From: an uncultured Dechloromonas sp.
Lineage (GTDB): Bacteria; Pseudomonadota; Gammaproteobacteria; Burkholderiales; Rhodocyclaceae
Assembly (NCBI GenBank): GCA_964604765.1
Contig: CAZSAE010000001.1
Coordinates: 1-39,817, forward strand
DNA: 39,817 bases
Reading direction: 5' to 3'
Shown: piece by piece, positions 21,933-31,333 of the stretch
Numbering within the stretch: position 1 is the stretch's first letter
Layout of the letters: every line of letters begins with the position of its first letter
The notes under the pieces: generated by a model
Databases searched by the model: none
Told to the model about the DNA's origin: nothing
What the model saw: the letters and a program-made list of their open reading frames with translations, nothing else
Program-made: the position numbers and the translations under genes

Positions 21933-23403
21933 GGTGCGCCACATGGTAGGTGCCTTCGGCAGCATGATGGTGCGATGGCGGCGGGCTTAGCCGGCCGATC
22001 CGTTGCGGCAGCAGGCTGCCGACGGCCATGCCGATGGCAGCCGCGATGAGGCCCAGAATCTGCGGCGGCCAGATGCGGTTGTCGGCGCTGAACATCTCGC
22101 TCAGGATCCAGGTAAAGAAGCCCGCGAAGATGGCGCAAAGCGCGCCCTGGGTTGTGCCGCGTTTCCAGTAGAAACCGGCAACCAGCGGTACGAAAGCGAC
22201 GACCAGCGTGATCTTGTAGGCATGCTCGACCATTTTAAAGATCGACGCGTTGCTGGTCAGCGCCATGGCCAGTACCATGCCGGCAAAAGCGACAATCACG
22301 ATACGCATCAGCCAGAGGAAGATTCGGTCGGAGATATGCGGCAACATCGGGCGCAGGATGTTTTCGGTAAACGAGACCGAGGGCGCCAGCAGCGTCGCCG
22401 ACGAGCAGCTCATGATCGCCGACAGCAATGCACCAAAGAAGATCACCTGCGCGAAAATTGGCGTGTGCTGCAGAATCAGCATCGGCAATACCAGTTGCGA
22501 ATCTTTGTCGAGCAGTTGCTCAAACATCGCGGGGTCAATCAGTGTCGCCGAATAGGCCAGAAACATCGGGATAAAAGCGAACGCGAAATACAAGGACCCG
22601 CCAAGAATCGAGCCAGCCATCGCGACGCGCTCGCTTTTGGCCGACGTGATGCGCTGAAAGACGTCCTGTTGCGGGATCGACCCCAGCATCATGGTCATCC
22701 ACGCACCGATAAACGGTATCCAGACTTCGTAGCCGCCGCTGGGCAGGAAGTCGAGTTTGCCAGCGGCGCTGGCGTGCGAGATCACCGTGCCGACGCCCCC
22801 CGCCAGTTCGCTGACGATGGTCGCGATATAGATCAGCCCGCCCATGATCACGGTGATCTGCACGAAATCGAGAATGGCTACCGACAGCATGCCGCCGAGC
22901 ACCGTATAGGTCAGCACGATGGCGGCACCAAGGATCATCCCTTTGTCCTGGGGAATGAGGCCGCCGGTGACGGTGAAAAAGACCAGACCCAGCGCCTTGA
23001 TCTGCGCCGATACCCAACCCAGATAGGAAACAACAATCGCCAGCGTGCTCAGCCATTCGACCGTGTGGTTGTAGCGCAGGCGGTAATAGTCACCGATAGT
23101 CAGCAGATTCAGGCGATACAGTTTGCTGGCGAAAAAGAAACCGGCCAGGATCAGGCACATCGAGGCACCGAATGGATCGGCAACGACGCCGCCCAGACCT
23201 TCTCGGACGAATGTCGCCGAAACGCCGAGCACGGCTTCGGCGCCGAACCAGGTGGCGAAGACAGTGGCCGTCACGACCGGCAACGGCAACATGCGGCCAG
23301 CCACCGCGAAGTCACGCGCATTCTTTACGCGCGTCGCGGCAATCAACCCGATACCGATTGAAACCAGCAGATAAAGCGTGATGAAGCCAAGCAGTGCGGT
23401 CAT
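21892..23403 (-). CDS. Sodium:solute symporter (SSF) family protein
   Basis: [39 protein letters not shown]; many TM segments. Start set at ATG 23403, ATGA overlap with ubiB. Substrate unknown. Confidence 0.9.
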   Translation of the reverse strand: MTALLGFITLYLLVSIGIGLIAATRVKNARDFAVAGRMLPLPVVTATVFATWFGAEAVLGVSATFVREGLGGVVADPFGASMCLILAGFFFASKLYRLNLLTIGDYYRLRYNHTVEWLSTLAIVVSYLGWVSAQIKALGLVFFTVTGGLIPQDKGMILGAAIVLTYTVLGGMLSVAILDFVQITVIMGGLIYIATIVSELAGGVGTVISHASAAGKLDFLPSGGYEVWIPFIGAWMTMMLGSIPQQDVFQRITSAKSERVAMAGSILGGSLYFAFAFIPMFLAYSATLIDPAMFEQLLDKDSQLVLPMLILQHTPIFAQVIFFGALLSAIMSCSSATLLAPSVSFTENILRPMLPHISDRIFLWLMRIVIVAFAGMVLAMALTSNASIFKMVEHAYKITLVVAFVPLVAGFYWKRGTTQGALCAIFAGFFTWILSEMFSADNRIWPPQILGLIAAAIGMAVGSLLPQRIGRLSPPPSHHHAAEGTYHVAHHEHGHVSEHDSVR

Positions 23404-24941
23404 GAGAGGTGGTTCAGCCAAAGCAGCGTCCCGCTGGTGGCGAGCGCCAGCGCGGAAATGAAGACGCTCAACCAAAACCATTGGCGCTGACGGCGGAGCA
23501 TGCGACGTAGATCGCGGACGACTTTCTGGTCGGCCTTGATTTGCTCATCGTGCGGCATCAGATGGTCGTGTAGCAGGCGTGGCAGTTGCGGCAGAATCTT
23601 GGCCCAGTTGGCCCCCTCGCGCTTCATGCCATCGATAAAACCACGCCAGCCGATTTGTTCGCTCATCCAGCGTTCGAGGAAGGGCTTGGCGGTTTTCCAC
23701 AGGTCTAGATTCGGATTTAACTGGCGACCCAGCCCCTCGATATTAAGTAACGTCTTCTGCAACATCACCAGTTGCGGTTGGACTTCGACGTTGAAGCGGC
23801 GCGAGGTCTGGAACAGGCGCAGCAGCACCTTGCCGAAGGAAATATCCTTGAGCGGCTTGTCGAAGATGGGTTCGCACACGGTGCGAATGGCCGCCTCGAA
23901 CTCGTCGATGCGCGTGTCTTTGGGCGCCCAGCCAGAGATGACATGGACCTCGGCGACGCGTCGGTAGTCGCGTTGGAAGAAAGCCAGAAAGTTCTGCGCC
24001 AGATAATTCTTGTCCACTTCGTTGAGCGTTCCGACAATGCCAAAATCGAGCGCGACATAACGGCCATCCTGCGCCACGAGAATGTTCCCCGGGTGCATAT
24101 CCGCATGGAAAAAGCCATCTCGGAAGACCTGGGTGAAGAAAATCTCGACGCCCTCACTCGATAAGCGGTTCAGGTCGATGCCGGCCGCGCGTAATTCGTC
24201 AATGCGACTGACCGGAATACCGTGCATACGCTCCATCGTCATGACGTTGGTGGCACAGAAATCCCAGTACACCTCGGGCACGACGAGCAGCCGTCCATCG
24301 GCAAAATTGCGTCGTAGCTGCGACGCGTTGGCAGCTTCGCGCACCAGGTCGAACTCGTCGTGCAGATGCTTGGCAAACTCGGCGACAACTTCACGCGGCT
24401 TCAGGCGGCGGCCGTCTTCCGAGAAGCGTTCGATGAGCTGAGCGAATGTATCGAGCAGATCGATGTCGTGATTGACGACACCGTGCATCCCGGGGCGCAG
24501 TACTTTGACAGCGACATCGTGACCATTGTGCAGGCGAGCGAAATGTACCTGAGCGACCGACGCGGAGGCTACCGGTTTGGGGTCGAATTCGCTGAAGGCC
24601 TCGGTGAGTGGCATTCCCAAACCGCGTTCGATCTCGGCCATGGCCAGATCCGAAGAGAACGGTGGGACCCGATCCTGCAGTTTGGCCAGTTCGTTAGCGA
24701 AGTCGGGCGCCAGCAGATCGCGTCGCGTTGACAGCATCTGACCGAATTTAACGAAGATCGGCCCCAGCGACTCCAGGGCTTCGCGCAGACGGACCGCGCG
24801 GGGTTTGCTGAAATGCCGGCGGCGCGCATAGAACCCCAACCAGCGGGCAACGCGTCCCTCCGGTTCGGCTTCAACCAGCATGGTCAACAGCCCGTTCTTC
24901 CAGCTGACATAGAGAATCCGGGCGAGGCGCTGCAGACGCAT
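23400..24941 (-). CDS. ubiB: Ubiquinone biosynthesis kinase-like protein UbiB
   Basis: [51 protein letters not shown]. Confidence 0.96.
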   Translation of the reverse strand: MRLQRLARILYVSWKNGLLTMLVEAEPEGRVARWLGFYARRRHFSKPRAVRLREALESLGPIFVKFGQMLSTRRDLLAPDFANELAKLQDRVPPFSSDLAMAEIERGLGMPLTEAFSEFDPKPVASASVAQVHFARLHNGHDVAVKVLRPGMHGVVNHDIDLLDTFAQLIERFSEDGRRLKPREVVAEFAKHLHDEFDLVREAANASQLRRNFADGRLLVVPEVYWDFCATNVMTMERMHGIPVSRIDELRAAGIDLNRLSSEGVEIFFTQVFRDGFFHADMHPGNILVAQDGRYVALDFGIVGTLNEVDKNYLAQNFLAFFQRDYRRVAEVHVISGWAPKDTRIDEFEAAIRTVCEPIFDKPLKDISFGKVLLRLFQTSRRFNVEVQPQLVMLQKTLLNIEGLGRQLNPNLDLWKTAKPFLERWMSEQIGWRGFIDGMKREGANWAKILPQLPRLLHDHLMPHDEQIKADQKVVRDLRRMLRRQRQWFWLSVFISALALATSGTLLWLNHLS

Positions 24942-24987
24942 AAGCGTTCACTTTCACAGTGACAGCCCACGGGATGTCGGGCCAGAA

Positions 24988-25001
24988 GGTATAATTTTAC
25001 C
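24988..25001. promoter_or_regulatory. Overlapping divergent -10 elements: TATAAT (+, 24990-24995, argS) and TAAAAT (-, 24999-24994, ubiB)
   Basis: The near-palindrome GGTATAATTTTACC is the only AT-rich patch in the 61-bp ubiB/argS gap. Confidence 0.6.
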
Positions 25002-25002
25002 C

Positions 25003-26766
25003 ATGACTTTTGATAGCCGCGAACACATCACCGGCTTGCTGCAAGCCGCGCTTGCCAGCGTTGCCCCGGAACACGCCGAAACCCCGATCCATCTGGAGCG
25101 TCCCAAGCAGGCCGATCATGGGGATTTTGCCACCAATCTCCCCATGCAACTGGCGCGGGCCCTCAAGTTGGCGCCGCGCGTTATCGCCGAGCGCATTGTC
25201 CATGAATTGCCGCCCTCGCCCGAAGTCGGCGAGGTTTCGATCGCGGGCGCGGGCTTTATCAATTTTAAGCTAAAAGCTGGCGCCAAAACCCGGGTCGTCA
25301 GTACCGTGTTGACGCAGCGAGAAGATTTTGGCCGCAGCGCATTGGGTGCCAACGCCAAGGTGCTGGTCGAATTCGTCTCGGCCAACCCGACCGGTCCGCT
25401 GCATGTCGGTCATGGTCGCGGCGCTGCCTATGGCGCGAGTTTGTCCGATCTGCTGGCCTTTGCCGGCTGGGACGTGACGCGTGAGTATTACGTCAACGAC
25501 GCCGGTCGTCAGATGGATATTCTGGCGGTGTCGACCTGGATCCGTTATCTGGATCAGCACGGTGTCACCATCGATTACCCGCCGAACGCCTATCAAGGGG
25601 ATTACGTGCGCGACATGGCGCGCCAGCTGACCAATGCCCACGGCGATAAGTATGTGCGTGCCAAGACTGCCGTGCTGGAAGGCACGCCGGGCCTACCGGC
25701 CGCTGATCGCGCCGACGACGTCGCCAAGGCGCAGCGCGAGCAGCACCTGGATGCGCTGATCGCCAACGGCAAGACCCTGCTTGGCGAAGACTGGCCGTAT
25801 GTGCACCAGCATGCGCTGTCGGAACAACTGGCTGACGGCCGCGACGACCTGAACGGCTTCGGTGTGCATTTCCAGAACTGGTTCTCGGAAAACGCGCTGT
25901 TCGACACCGGCATGGTGGCGCGCTGTCTGGAAAAGCTGGATGCGGCGGGTCATATCTATGAACAGAACGGTGCCCGTTGGTTCCGCTCGACCGATTTCGG
26001 CGACGAAAAGGACCGTGTGGTTCAGCGCGAGAATGGTCTCTACACCTATTTCGCTTCCGACATTGCCTACCACCTCAACAAATACGAGCGTGGTTTTGAT
26101 CGCATGATCAATATCTGGGGCGCCGACCATCATGGGTATATCCCGCGCGTGAAGGGCGCCGTCAAGGCGTTGGCGCTGGACCCGGAGAAGCTGGATATCG
26201 CACTGGTGCAGTTCGCCGTGCTCTACCGCAATGGCGAGAAAGCCTCGATGTCAACCCGGGCCGGCGATTATGTGACGCTGCGCGCCCTGCGCGCCGAAGT
26301 CGGTGACGATGCCTGCCGTTTCTTCTACGTGTTGCGCAAAGCCGACCAGCATCTGGACTTCGACCTGGATCTGGCCAAGAGCCAGAGTGCCGATAACCCG
26401 GTGTATTACATCCAGTATGCGCATGCCCGTATTTGTTCGCTGATGGCGCAGTGGAATGGCACGGAGGCTGATTTGCCAGAAGCTGATCTGGCGCTGCTGA
26501 CCAATCCGCGCGAAGCGGCGTTGACCGCCTTCCTTGGACGTTTTCCGGAAGTGGTCGAATCGGCAGCGCGCGACCTGGCGCCGCATCAGATCGCCTTTTA
26601 TCTGCGCGACCTGGCCGCCGAATTCCATGGGTACTACAACGCCGAACGCATGCTGGTCGATGATTCGGCGTTAACGGCCGCCCGATTGGCGCTGTCGGTG
26701 GCGGTGCGTCAGGTGATCCGCAACGGCATGGCGCTGTTGGGTGTATCCTGCCCCGAATCCATGTAG
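25003..26766 (+). CDS. argS: Arginine--tRNA ligase
   Basis: VEFVSANPTGPLHVGHGR (HIGH motif), YYVNDAG, WGADHHGY, MSTR, NPVYYIQYAHAR, C-terminal PESM. Confidence 0.98.
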   Translation: MTFDSREHITGLLQAALASVAPEHAETPIHLERPKQADHGDFATNLPMQLARALKLAPRVIAERIVHELPPSPEVGEVSIAGAGFINFKLKAGAKTRVVSTVLTQREDFGRSALGANAKVLVEFVSANPTGPLHVGHGRGAAYGASLSDLLAFAGWDVTREYYVNDAGRQMDILAVSTWIRYLDQHGVTIDYPPNAYQGDYVRDMARQLTNAHGDKYVRAKTAVLEGTPGLPAADRADDVAKAQREQHLDALIANGKTLLGEDWPYVHQHALSEQLADGRDDLNGFGVHFQNWFSENALFDTGMVARCLEKLDAAGHIYEQNGARWFRSTDFGDEKDRVVQRENGLYTYFASDIAYHLNKYERGFDRMINIWGADHHGYIPRVKGAVKALALDPEKLDIALVQFAVLYRNGEKASMSTRAGDYVTLRALRAEVGDDACRFFYVLRKADQHLDFDLDLAKSQSADNPVYYIQYAHARICSLMAQWNGTEADLPEADLALLTNPREAALTAFLGRFPEVVESAARDLAPHQIAFYLRDLAAEFHGYYNAERMLVDDSALTAARLALSVAVRQVIRNGMALLGVSCPESM

Positions 26767-26819
26767 CTTCCTGTTCGCACAACCGATAAGCGCTGTTCTG
26801 AGTTCACGACGAGGCTGTT

Positions 26820-27497
26820 ATGTCCCGAGATTACAAACCGAACCGTCATGCTTCCCGCGACCGTGAGCCTGCCTCCGGTGGTGGCGCGTTCAAGGGTATT
26901 TTGTACGGCCTGATTTTGGGTCTGGCGATTGCTGCAGCAGTCGCCTGGTGGTTTAACCGGATGCCATCACCGTTCATCGACAAGACCGGGACAGGCGCTA
27001 GTGGTGGGCAAACGTCGGCCAAAACGACCCCGGGAGTTGCGGCTCCCGAAGCGGCGCCGGCATCCGCCGCGCCTGTTGCATCGGTTAATGCGCAGGGCGA
27101 AAACGGCCAACCCATCGCGCTGCCCGGCAAGCCCGGCGACCCGCTGCCCGAAAAGCGTTTTCAGTTTCCCGATATTCTGTCGGGCAAAACGGATGGCACC
27201 ACTGCACCAGCGGCCAAACCGGCCGAAGTGGCAAAAGCCGCAGATGCCGCTAAGCCTGCCGAGGCGCCAAGCGGTTTTTATCTGATGGCAGGATCATTCC
27301 AGAAGCCGACCGATGCCGAAGCGCAGAAGGCCAACCTGGCGCTGATCGGTTTCGACGCCAGCGTCCAGAAGGCGGTCATCGGCGAAAAGGTCTGGTATCG
27401 CGTCAAGATCGGCCCGTTCAAGCGTCAGGACGATGCCAACCGGGCCCGTAACGAACTCAAGGAAAACGGCATCGAAGCGGTGCCCGCCCGTAACTAA
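26820..27497 (+). CDS. SPOR-domain cell division protein (FtsN-like)
   Basis: N-terminal MSRDYK, one TM helix, Pro/Ala linker, C-terminal SPOR domain (AGSFQK...WYRVKIGPF); usual argS-SPOR-dsbA order. Confidence 0.85.
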   Translation: MSRDYKPNRHASRDREPASGGGAFKGILYGLILGLAIAAAVAWWFNRMPSPFIDKTGTGASGGQTSAKTTPGVAAPEAAPASAAPVASVNAQGENGQPIALPGKPGDPLPEKRFQFPDILSGKTDGTTAPAAKPAEVAKAADAAKPAEAPSGFYLMAGSFQKPTDAEAQKANLALIGFDASVQKAVIGEKVWYRVKIGPFKRQDDANRARNELKENGIEAVPARN

Positions 27498-27509
27498 ACC
27501 GGAGTTGTC

Positions 27510-28193
27510 ATGCAGCGTCGTCAGTTTCTCGTCACCCTGATCGCCGGCATTGGTGCGGCCACTTCGGGCAGTGTGTTGGCCCAAGCCGCGCTCGGCGGCA
27601 CGATGCCGTCTGCCAGTGCCGCCGCAGGTGCGGCGATCGCTGGCCAAACCTATGCCCCATTGAATATCCCGGCGCCGGCGGCCAGTGGCAAAATCGAGGT
27701 GCTGGAATTCTTTTCCTACGGTTGCCCGCATTGTCACGATTTTTCCGAGCCGTTTGATCGATGGAGCCGTAAGCAGGCTAAAGATGTCGTCGTGCGCCGC
27801 GTGCCGGTGACCTTCGGTCGCCCGCAGTGGGTGGTGTTGGGGCGGCTGTTCTACACCGTCCAGTTCATGAAGTTACCCGCACTGGATGCCGCTGCTTTCG
27901 CGGCGATTCATCAGCAGGGCAGAATGCTCTACGATGATCAGGCAGTCTTGCAGTGGGCGGCAAGCCAGCCGGGTGTCGATGCAAACAAGTTCAAGGACGT
28001 GTATTTCTCGCAGGACGTTACCAACGCCATGAAGAAGGCCGATGCCATGGCCATGTCGTATCAGATTGATGCGGTGCCGTCGATCATTGTTGGCGGTCGC
28101 TACAAAATGCTGCAGCAACGCGGCATGAGCTTTACCGATCTGCTGGCCAATACCGAAGCGGTGATTCGTTTGGCGCGACAGTCTCAGAAATAA
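27510..28193 (+). CDS. dsbA: Thiol:disulfide oxidoreductase DsbA
   Basis: IEVLEFFSYGCPHC active site, cis-Pro loop AVPSIIVGGRY, N-terminal signal peptide. Confidence 0.93.
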   Translation: MQRRQFLVTLIAGIGAATSGSVLAQAALGGTMPSASAAAGAAIAGQTYAPLNIPAPAASGKIEVLEFFSYGCPHCHDFSEPFDRWSRKQAKDVVVRRVPVTFGRPQWVVLGRLFYTVQFMKLPALDAAAFAAIHQQGRMLYDDQAVLQWAASQPGVDANKFKDVYFSQDVTNAMKKADAMAMSYQIDAVPSIIVGGRYKMLQQRGMSFTDLLANTEAVIRLARQSQK

Positions 28194-28228
28194 CCCTCAT
28201 GGCTAGCGCGGTGCGAGCAAAGCCGTAG

Positions 28229-28262
28229 AAAAGCAAAACGCCCGCAACTGCGGGCGTTTTGC
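28229..28262. terminator. Bidirectional intrinsic terminator between convergent dsbA and phaC
   Basis: Perfect 13-bp inverted repeat GCAAAACGCCCGC-aact-GCGGGCGTTTTGC with T-runs on both strands. Confidence 0.88.
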
Positions 28263-28283
28263 ATGGCGTGGTATTTGCCGAAC

Positions 28284-30134
28284 TTACTTGGCGGCTTTGG
28301 CCTTGGCTTTGCTTGCGGCCGCCGCCTTTTTGGCGTCAGCGCGCATTTTGACATAGCTACCCGGCGCATCCTCGATGGCCTTGAGTGGGCCGGCGCCCGG
28401 GATACGGGCGGCAACTTTCTTGTTGTCGATGGCTTCGACCCATTGTTCCCAGTTCGGCCACCAGGAGCCCTCGTGCTGCTTGGCGCCTTCGAACCACTGC
28501 TGCGCCGTTTCCGGCAAATTGCTGTTCGTCCAGTAGCAATACTTGTTGCCGGCCGGCGGATTGACGATACCGGCGATGTGGCCCGAGCCGCCCAGCACGA
28601 AGGTGACCGGGCCCGACGGCAGGTGGACGCCCATATAGGTGCTGATCCACGGTGCGATGTGGTCTTCGATCGCCGAGATGAAGTAGCAGGGTGTTTTGAC
28701 CTTGCGGATGTCGATGGGCACGCCGCCCAGCGTGACGCCGTTTGGTTCCTTCAGAATGTTCTTCAGGTACATGTTGCGCAGGTAGAAGCTGTGCATGGCG
28801 CGCGGCATTCGGGTCGAGTCCGAGTTCCAGTACAGCAGATCGAACGGGAACGGATCCTTGCCCATCAGGTAGTTGTTGATGACGAAAGACCAGACCAAAT
28901 CGTTGGCGCGCAGCATGCTGAAGGTGCCGGCCATTTCCGAACCCTCCAGATAACCGGTTTTTTCCATCTTCTTTTCGATGGCGGCGATGCTGGCCTCGTC
29001 GATAAAGACGCCCAGTTCGCCCGGCTCGGTGAAGTCGAGCATGGTCGTGAAGAAGGTGGCCGAATTGACGCGGTTGTCTTTCTTGGCGGCCATGTAAGCG
29101 AGCGTCGACATGAGCAGCGTGCCGCCCAGACAGTAACCGGCCAGGTTGATCTTCTTGCAACCGGTGGCTTGTTCGACGGCATTAATGGCGGCCAGCGAAC
29201 CCTCCAGCAGGTAGTCCTCGAAGTTGAGGTCGGCGTGCTTCTCGTCCGGGTTGATCCAGCTCATGATAAACGTCGAGTGACCTTGGTCGGTGGCCCACTT
29301 CACAAATGAGTTTTTCTCGCGCAGATCGAGAATATAGAATTTATTGATCCAGGGCGGCACGATCAACAGCGGTACCTCGAACTGCTGCTTGGTCGTCGGC
29401 TCGTAGTGGATGAGCTGGAACAGGTCGTTCTGGTAAATGACCTTGCCCTTGGTGGTAGCGACGTTCTTGCCCAGCTCGAAGGCCGAGGTATCGGTCATAC
29501 GGATGCGCAATTTCCCGTCGCCGGCTTCAACGTCGTGCAGCAGGTTATTCAGACCCTTGACTAGGTTCTGACCCTGCGTGCGCACGGTCTCGCGGAAGAC
29601 TTCCGGATTGGTCAGCGCAAAGTTGCTCGGTGACAGCGCATCGACGTACTGGCGCGTATAGAAATTGACCTTCTCGCGCTGCTTGTCATCCATCCCTTCG
29701 ACGGTGCCAACGGTATCGAGGATGTGCTTGGAAGCAATCAGATACGACTGTTTGATGAAGTCGAATACAAAATCCTGTTGCCAGCCTTCGTCCTTGAAGC
29801 GCTTATCGCTCCGCTCGGGCGCCATGGTCGGCTCGGCGTGCATGCCCATCATGCGGATGACCGAGTTCTGCCATAACGAGAAATAATTGTGCACCATGCT
29901 CATCTGAGCCTGGGCCAGTTGGTACGGATTCGACATCAGGCGGGCAGACAGGTCCATGAAGGCTTTGGCGATACCGACTTCTTCGCCAGCGGTATTCACA
30001 CCCTTTTCGGACTGGCGCTCCAGAAAGCTGCTCAGAACGCGGGAAGCACGTTGAGCGACTTCGGCATATACATGAACCAGTTCGGCGGGGTTCTTGCCTT
30101 CTGAGCCCTCGGCGGGATTAGGGGACTGCGACAT
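28284..30134 (-). CDS. phaC: Class I poly(R)-hydroxyalkanoate synthase
   Basis: DKRFKD, ALSPSNF, PPWINKFYILDL, lipase box GYCLGG, FDLLYWN, EDHIAPW, SGHIAG, GSWW. Start set at ATG 30134 (GGAG RBS), 616 aa. Confidence 0.97.
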   Translation of the reverse strand: MSQSPNPAEGSEGKNPAELVHVYAEVAQRASRVLSSFLERQSEKGVNTAGEEVGIAKAFMDLSARLMSNPYQLAQAQMSMVHNYFSLWQNSVIRMMGMHAEPTMAPERSDKRFKDEGWQQDFVFDFIKQSYLIASKHILDTVGTVEGMDDKQREKVNFYTRQYVDALSPSNFALTNPEVFRETVRTQGQNLVKGLNNLLHDVEAGDGKLRIRMTDTSAFELGKNVATTKGKVIYQNDLFQLIHYEPTTKQQFEVPLLIVPPWINKFYILDLREKNSFVKWATDQGHSTFIMSWINPDEKHADLNFEDYLLEGSLAAINAVEQATGCKKINLAGYCLGGTLLMSTLAYMAAKKDNRVNSATFFTTMLDFTEPGELGVFIDEASIAAIEKKMEKTGYLEGSEMAGTFSMLRANDLVWSFVINNYLMGKDPFPFDLLYWNSDSTRMPRAMHSFYLRNMYLKNILKEPNGVTLGGVPIDIRKVKTPCYFISAIEDHIAPWISTYMGVHLPSGPVTFVLGGSGHIAGIVNPPAGNKYCYWTNSNLPETAQQWFEGAKQHEGSWWPNWEQWVEAIDNKKVAARIPGAGPLKAIEDAPGSYVKMRADAKKAAAASKAKAKAAK

Positions 30135-30329
30135 GGTGGTCTCCGAAAACGATAAAGCCAAAAAAATCGTGCCGGTCAGGGTGGCAAGAACGGCCAACCC
30201 AGCGAGCACGGGGTGCGACAGCCATAGATTGCCTGTAAAGGTCAGATCGCACAAGGGGTATGACTGCGATGGGTCGACTCCCCATTCAGGCCTATTGGGC
30301 TTGGACGCGACGGGCGGTAAACTGCTGGC

Positions 30330-30506
30330 ATGCCGAACCCTGAGCCAAATCTGTCCCCCCCGACGCCGCCCATCGACATTGAGGCAGTTTATCCGTGCAT
30401 CGGGGTCTGTATGGCCGACCCCGAATCTGGCTTGTGCCAGGGGTGCGGACGCCCGTTGGCCGAAGCACAAACCCCCGAAACGAATGGAACGGACGGCGCC
30501 GCTTGA
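30330..30506 (+). CDS. 58-aa Cys-motif protein resembling DUF1289
   Basis: Manual translation: MPNPEPNLSPPTPPIDIEAVYPCIGVCMADPESGLCQGCGRPLAEAQTPETNGTDGAA*. Carries PC-x3-C...C-x-GC-x-R; below the ORF-track length cut-off; TTGGGC-17-TAAACT upstream. Confidence 0.75.
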   Translation: MPNPEPNLSPPTPPIDIEAVYPCIGVCMADPESGLCQGCGRPLAEAQTPETNGTDGAA

Positions 30507-30523
30507 GCCGCTCAGGATGTCTA

Positions 30524-30545
30524 GCCCGCCCCGGGCGGGTATAAT
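30524..30545 (+). promoter_or_regulatory. Candidate pcm promoter: consensus TATAAT (30540-30545) directly after a GC inverted repeat
   Basis: CCCGCC-ccg-GGCGGG followed by TATAAT, 54 nt upstream of the pcm ATG. Confidence 0.5.
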
Positions 30546-30599
30546 CATTTGCTTGAATCTCGGTCGTTTCCTTCAATCACTTACGCCGGAAACCTGCAC

Positions 30600-31253
30600 A
30601 TGAATACTGAAAAAGCCCGCTTCAACATGGTCGAGCAACAGATTCGCCCGTGGAACGTTCTGGATCCCAATGTTCTGGACCTGCTATTCGAGGTGCGTCG
30701 AGAGGAATTCGTGCCGCCGAACTATCGTTCGCTGGCGTTTGCCGATATCGAAATCCCGCTGTCACCGAATGCGGTGATGATGCCCCCGCGCATGGAGGCC
30801 CGTCTGCTGCAGGAGCTGGAGTTGGCACCGGATGCGCAGATTCTTGAAGTGGGTACCGGCTCGGGCTACATGACGGCCCTGCTGGCCTCGCAAGGGGCAC
30901 ACGTGACCAGCCTGGAAATCGATCCGGTGCTGCAGGCGCAGGCCAAAGCCAATCTGGATGAAGCGGGTATCGAGAATGTCACGCTGGTATCGGGTGATGG
31001 TCTCAAGGGTTATGAAGCGGGCGAACCCTATGACGCGATCGTGCTCACCGGGTCGGTGCCGGAAGTGCCTGATGTACTGCTGCACCAGTTGGCATTGGGT
31101 GGCCGCCTGCTGGCCGTGGTCGGCACCGGTCCGGTCATGGAAGTCGTGCGCGTACACTGCACGGGCCCTGGCACCTATGCGCGCGAAACGCTATTTGAAA
31201 CCTATCTGCCGCCGTTGGAAAACGCGCCGCGCGTTCGCGAGTTCGCACTCTGA
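30600..31253 (+). CDS. pcm: Protein-L-isoaspartate O-methyltransferase family protein
   Basis: ARFNMVEQQIRPW, REEFVP, LEVGTGSGY (SAM motif), PYDAIVLTGSV, LFET. Start set at ATG 30600. Confidence 0.9.
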   Translation: MNTEKARFNMVEQQIRPWNVLDPNVLDLLFEVRREEFVPPNYRSLAFADIEIPLSPNAVMMPPRMEARLLQELELAPDAQILEVGTGSGYMTALLASQGAHVTSLEIDPVLQAQAKANLDEAGIENVTLVSGDGLKGYEAGEPYDAIVLTGSVPEVPDVLLHQLALGGRLLAVVGTGPVMEVVRVHCTGPGTYARETLFETYLPPLENAPRVREFAL

Positions 31254-31277
31254 TTTGCGGATCGGGTATCCCATATT

Positions 31278-31301
31278 AAAGCCCGCTTCGGCGGGTATTT
31301 T
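31278..31301. terminator. Intrinsic terminator between convergent pcm and the acyltransferase gene
   Basis: AAA-GCCCGC-TTCG-GCGGGT-ATTTT: GC stem with a C(UUCG)G tetraloop and a U-rich tail. Confidence 0.8.
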
Positions 31302-31333
31302 GTTGCCGGTAACCTGGGCGTGGACGCGGCGGA

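Noticed and set aside
22003-23361. Long antisense ORFs (452 aa here; also 2658-3845, 28263-29309, 33076-34284, 665-1402, 37966-38796)
   Set aside because: Each lies opposite a clearly identified gene and has no recognisable motifs. Such shadow frames are expected from GC-rich codon usage.
30165-30290. Possible ncRNA upstream of phaC (GGTCGACTCCCC resembles a tRNA T-arm; GGTCAGG resembles SRP; GGGGTGC resembles a TPP riboswitch start)
   Set aside because: No cloverleaf, no SRP GNRA/AGCAG loop and no CUGAGA core; only two small hairpins. An Infernal/Rfam scan would settle it.
30135-30548. 138-aa N-terminal extension of PhaC in the ORF track (754 aa)
   Set aside because: ATG 30134 has a GGAG RBS and gives a normal class I length. 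The extension has no motif and overlaps the Cys-motif ORF and promoter elements on the other strand.
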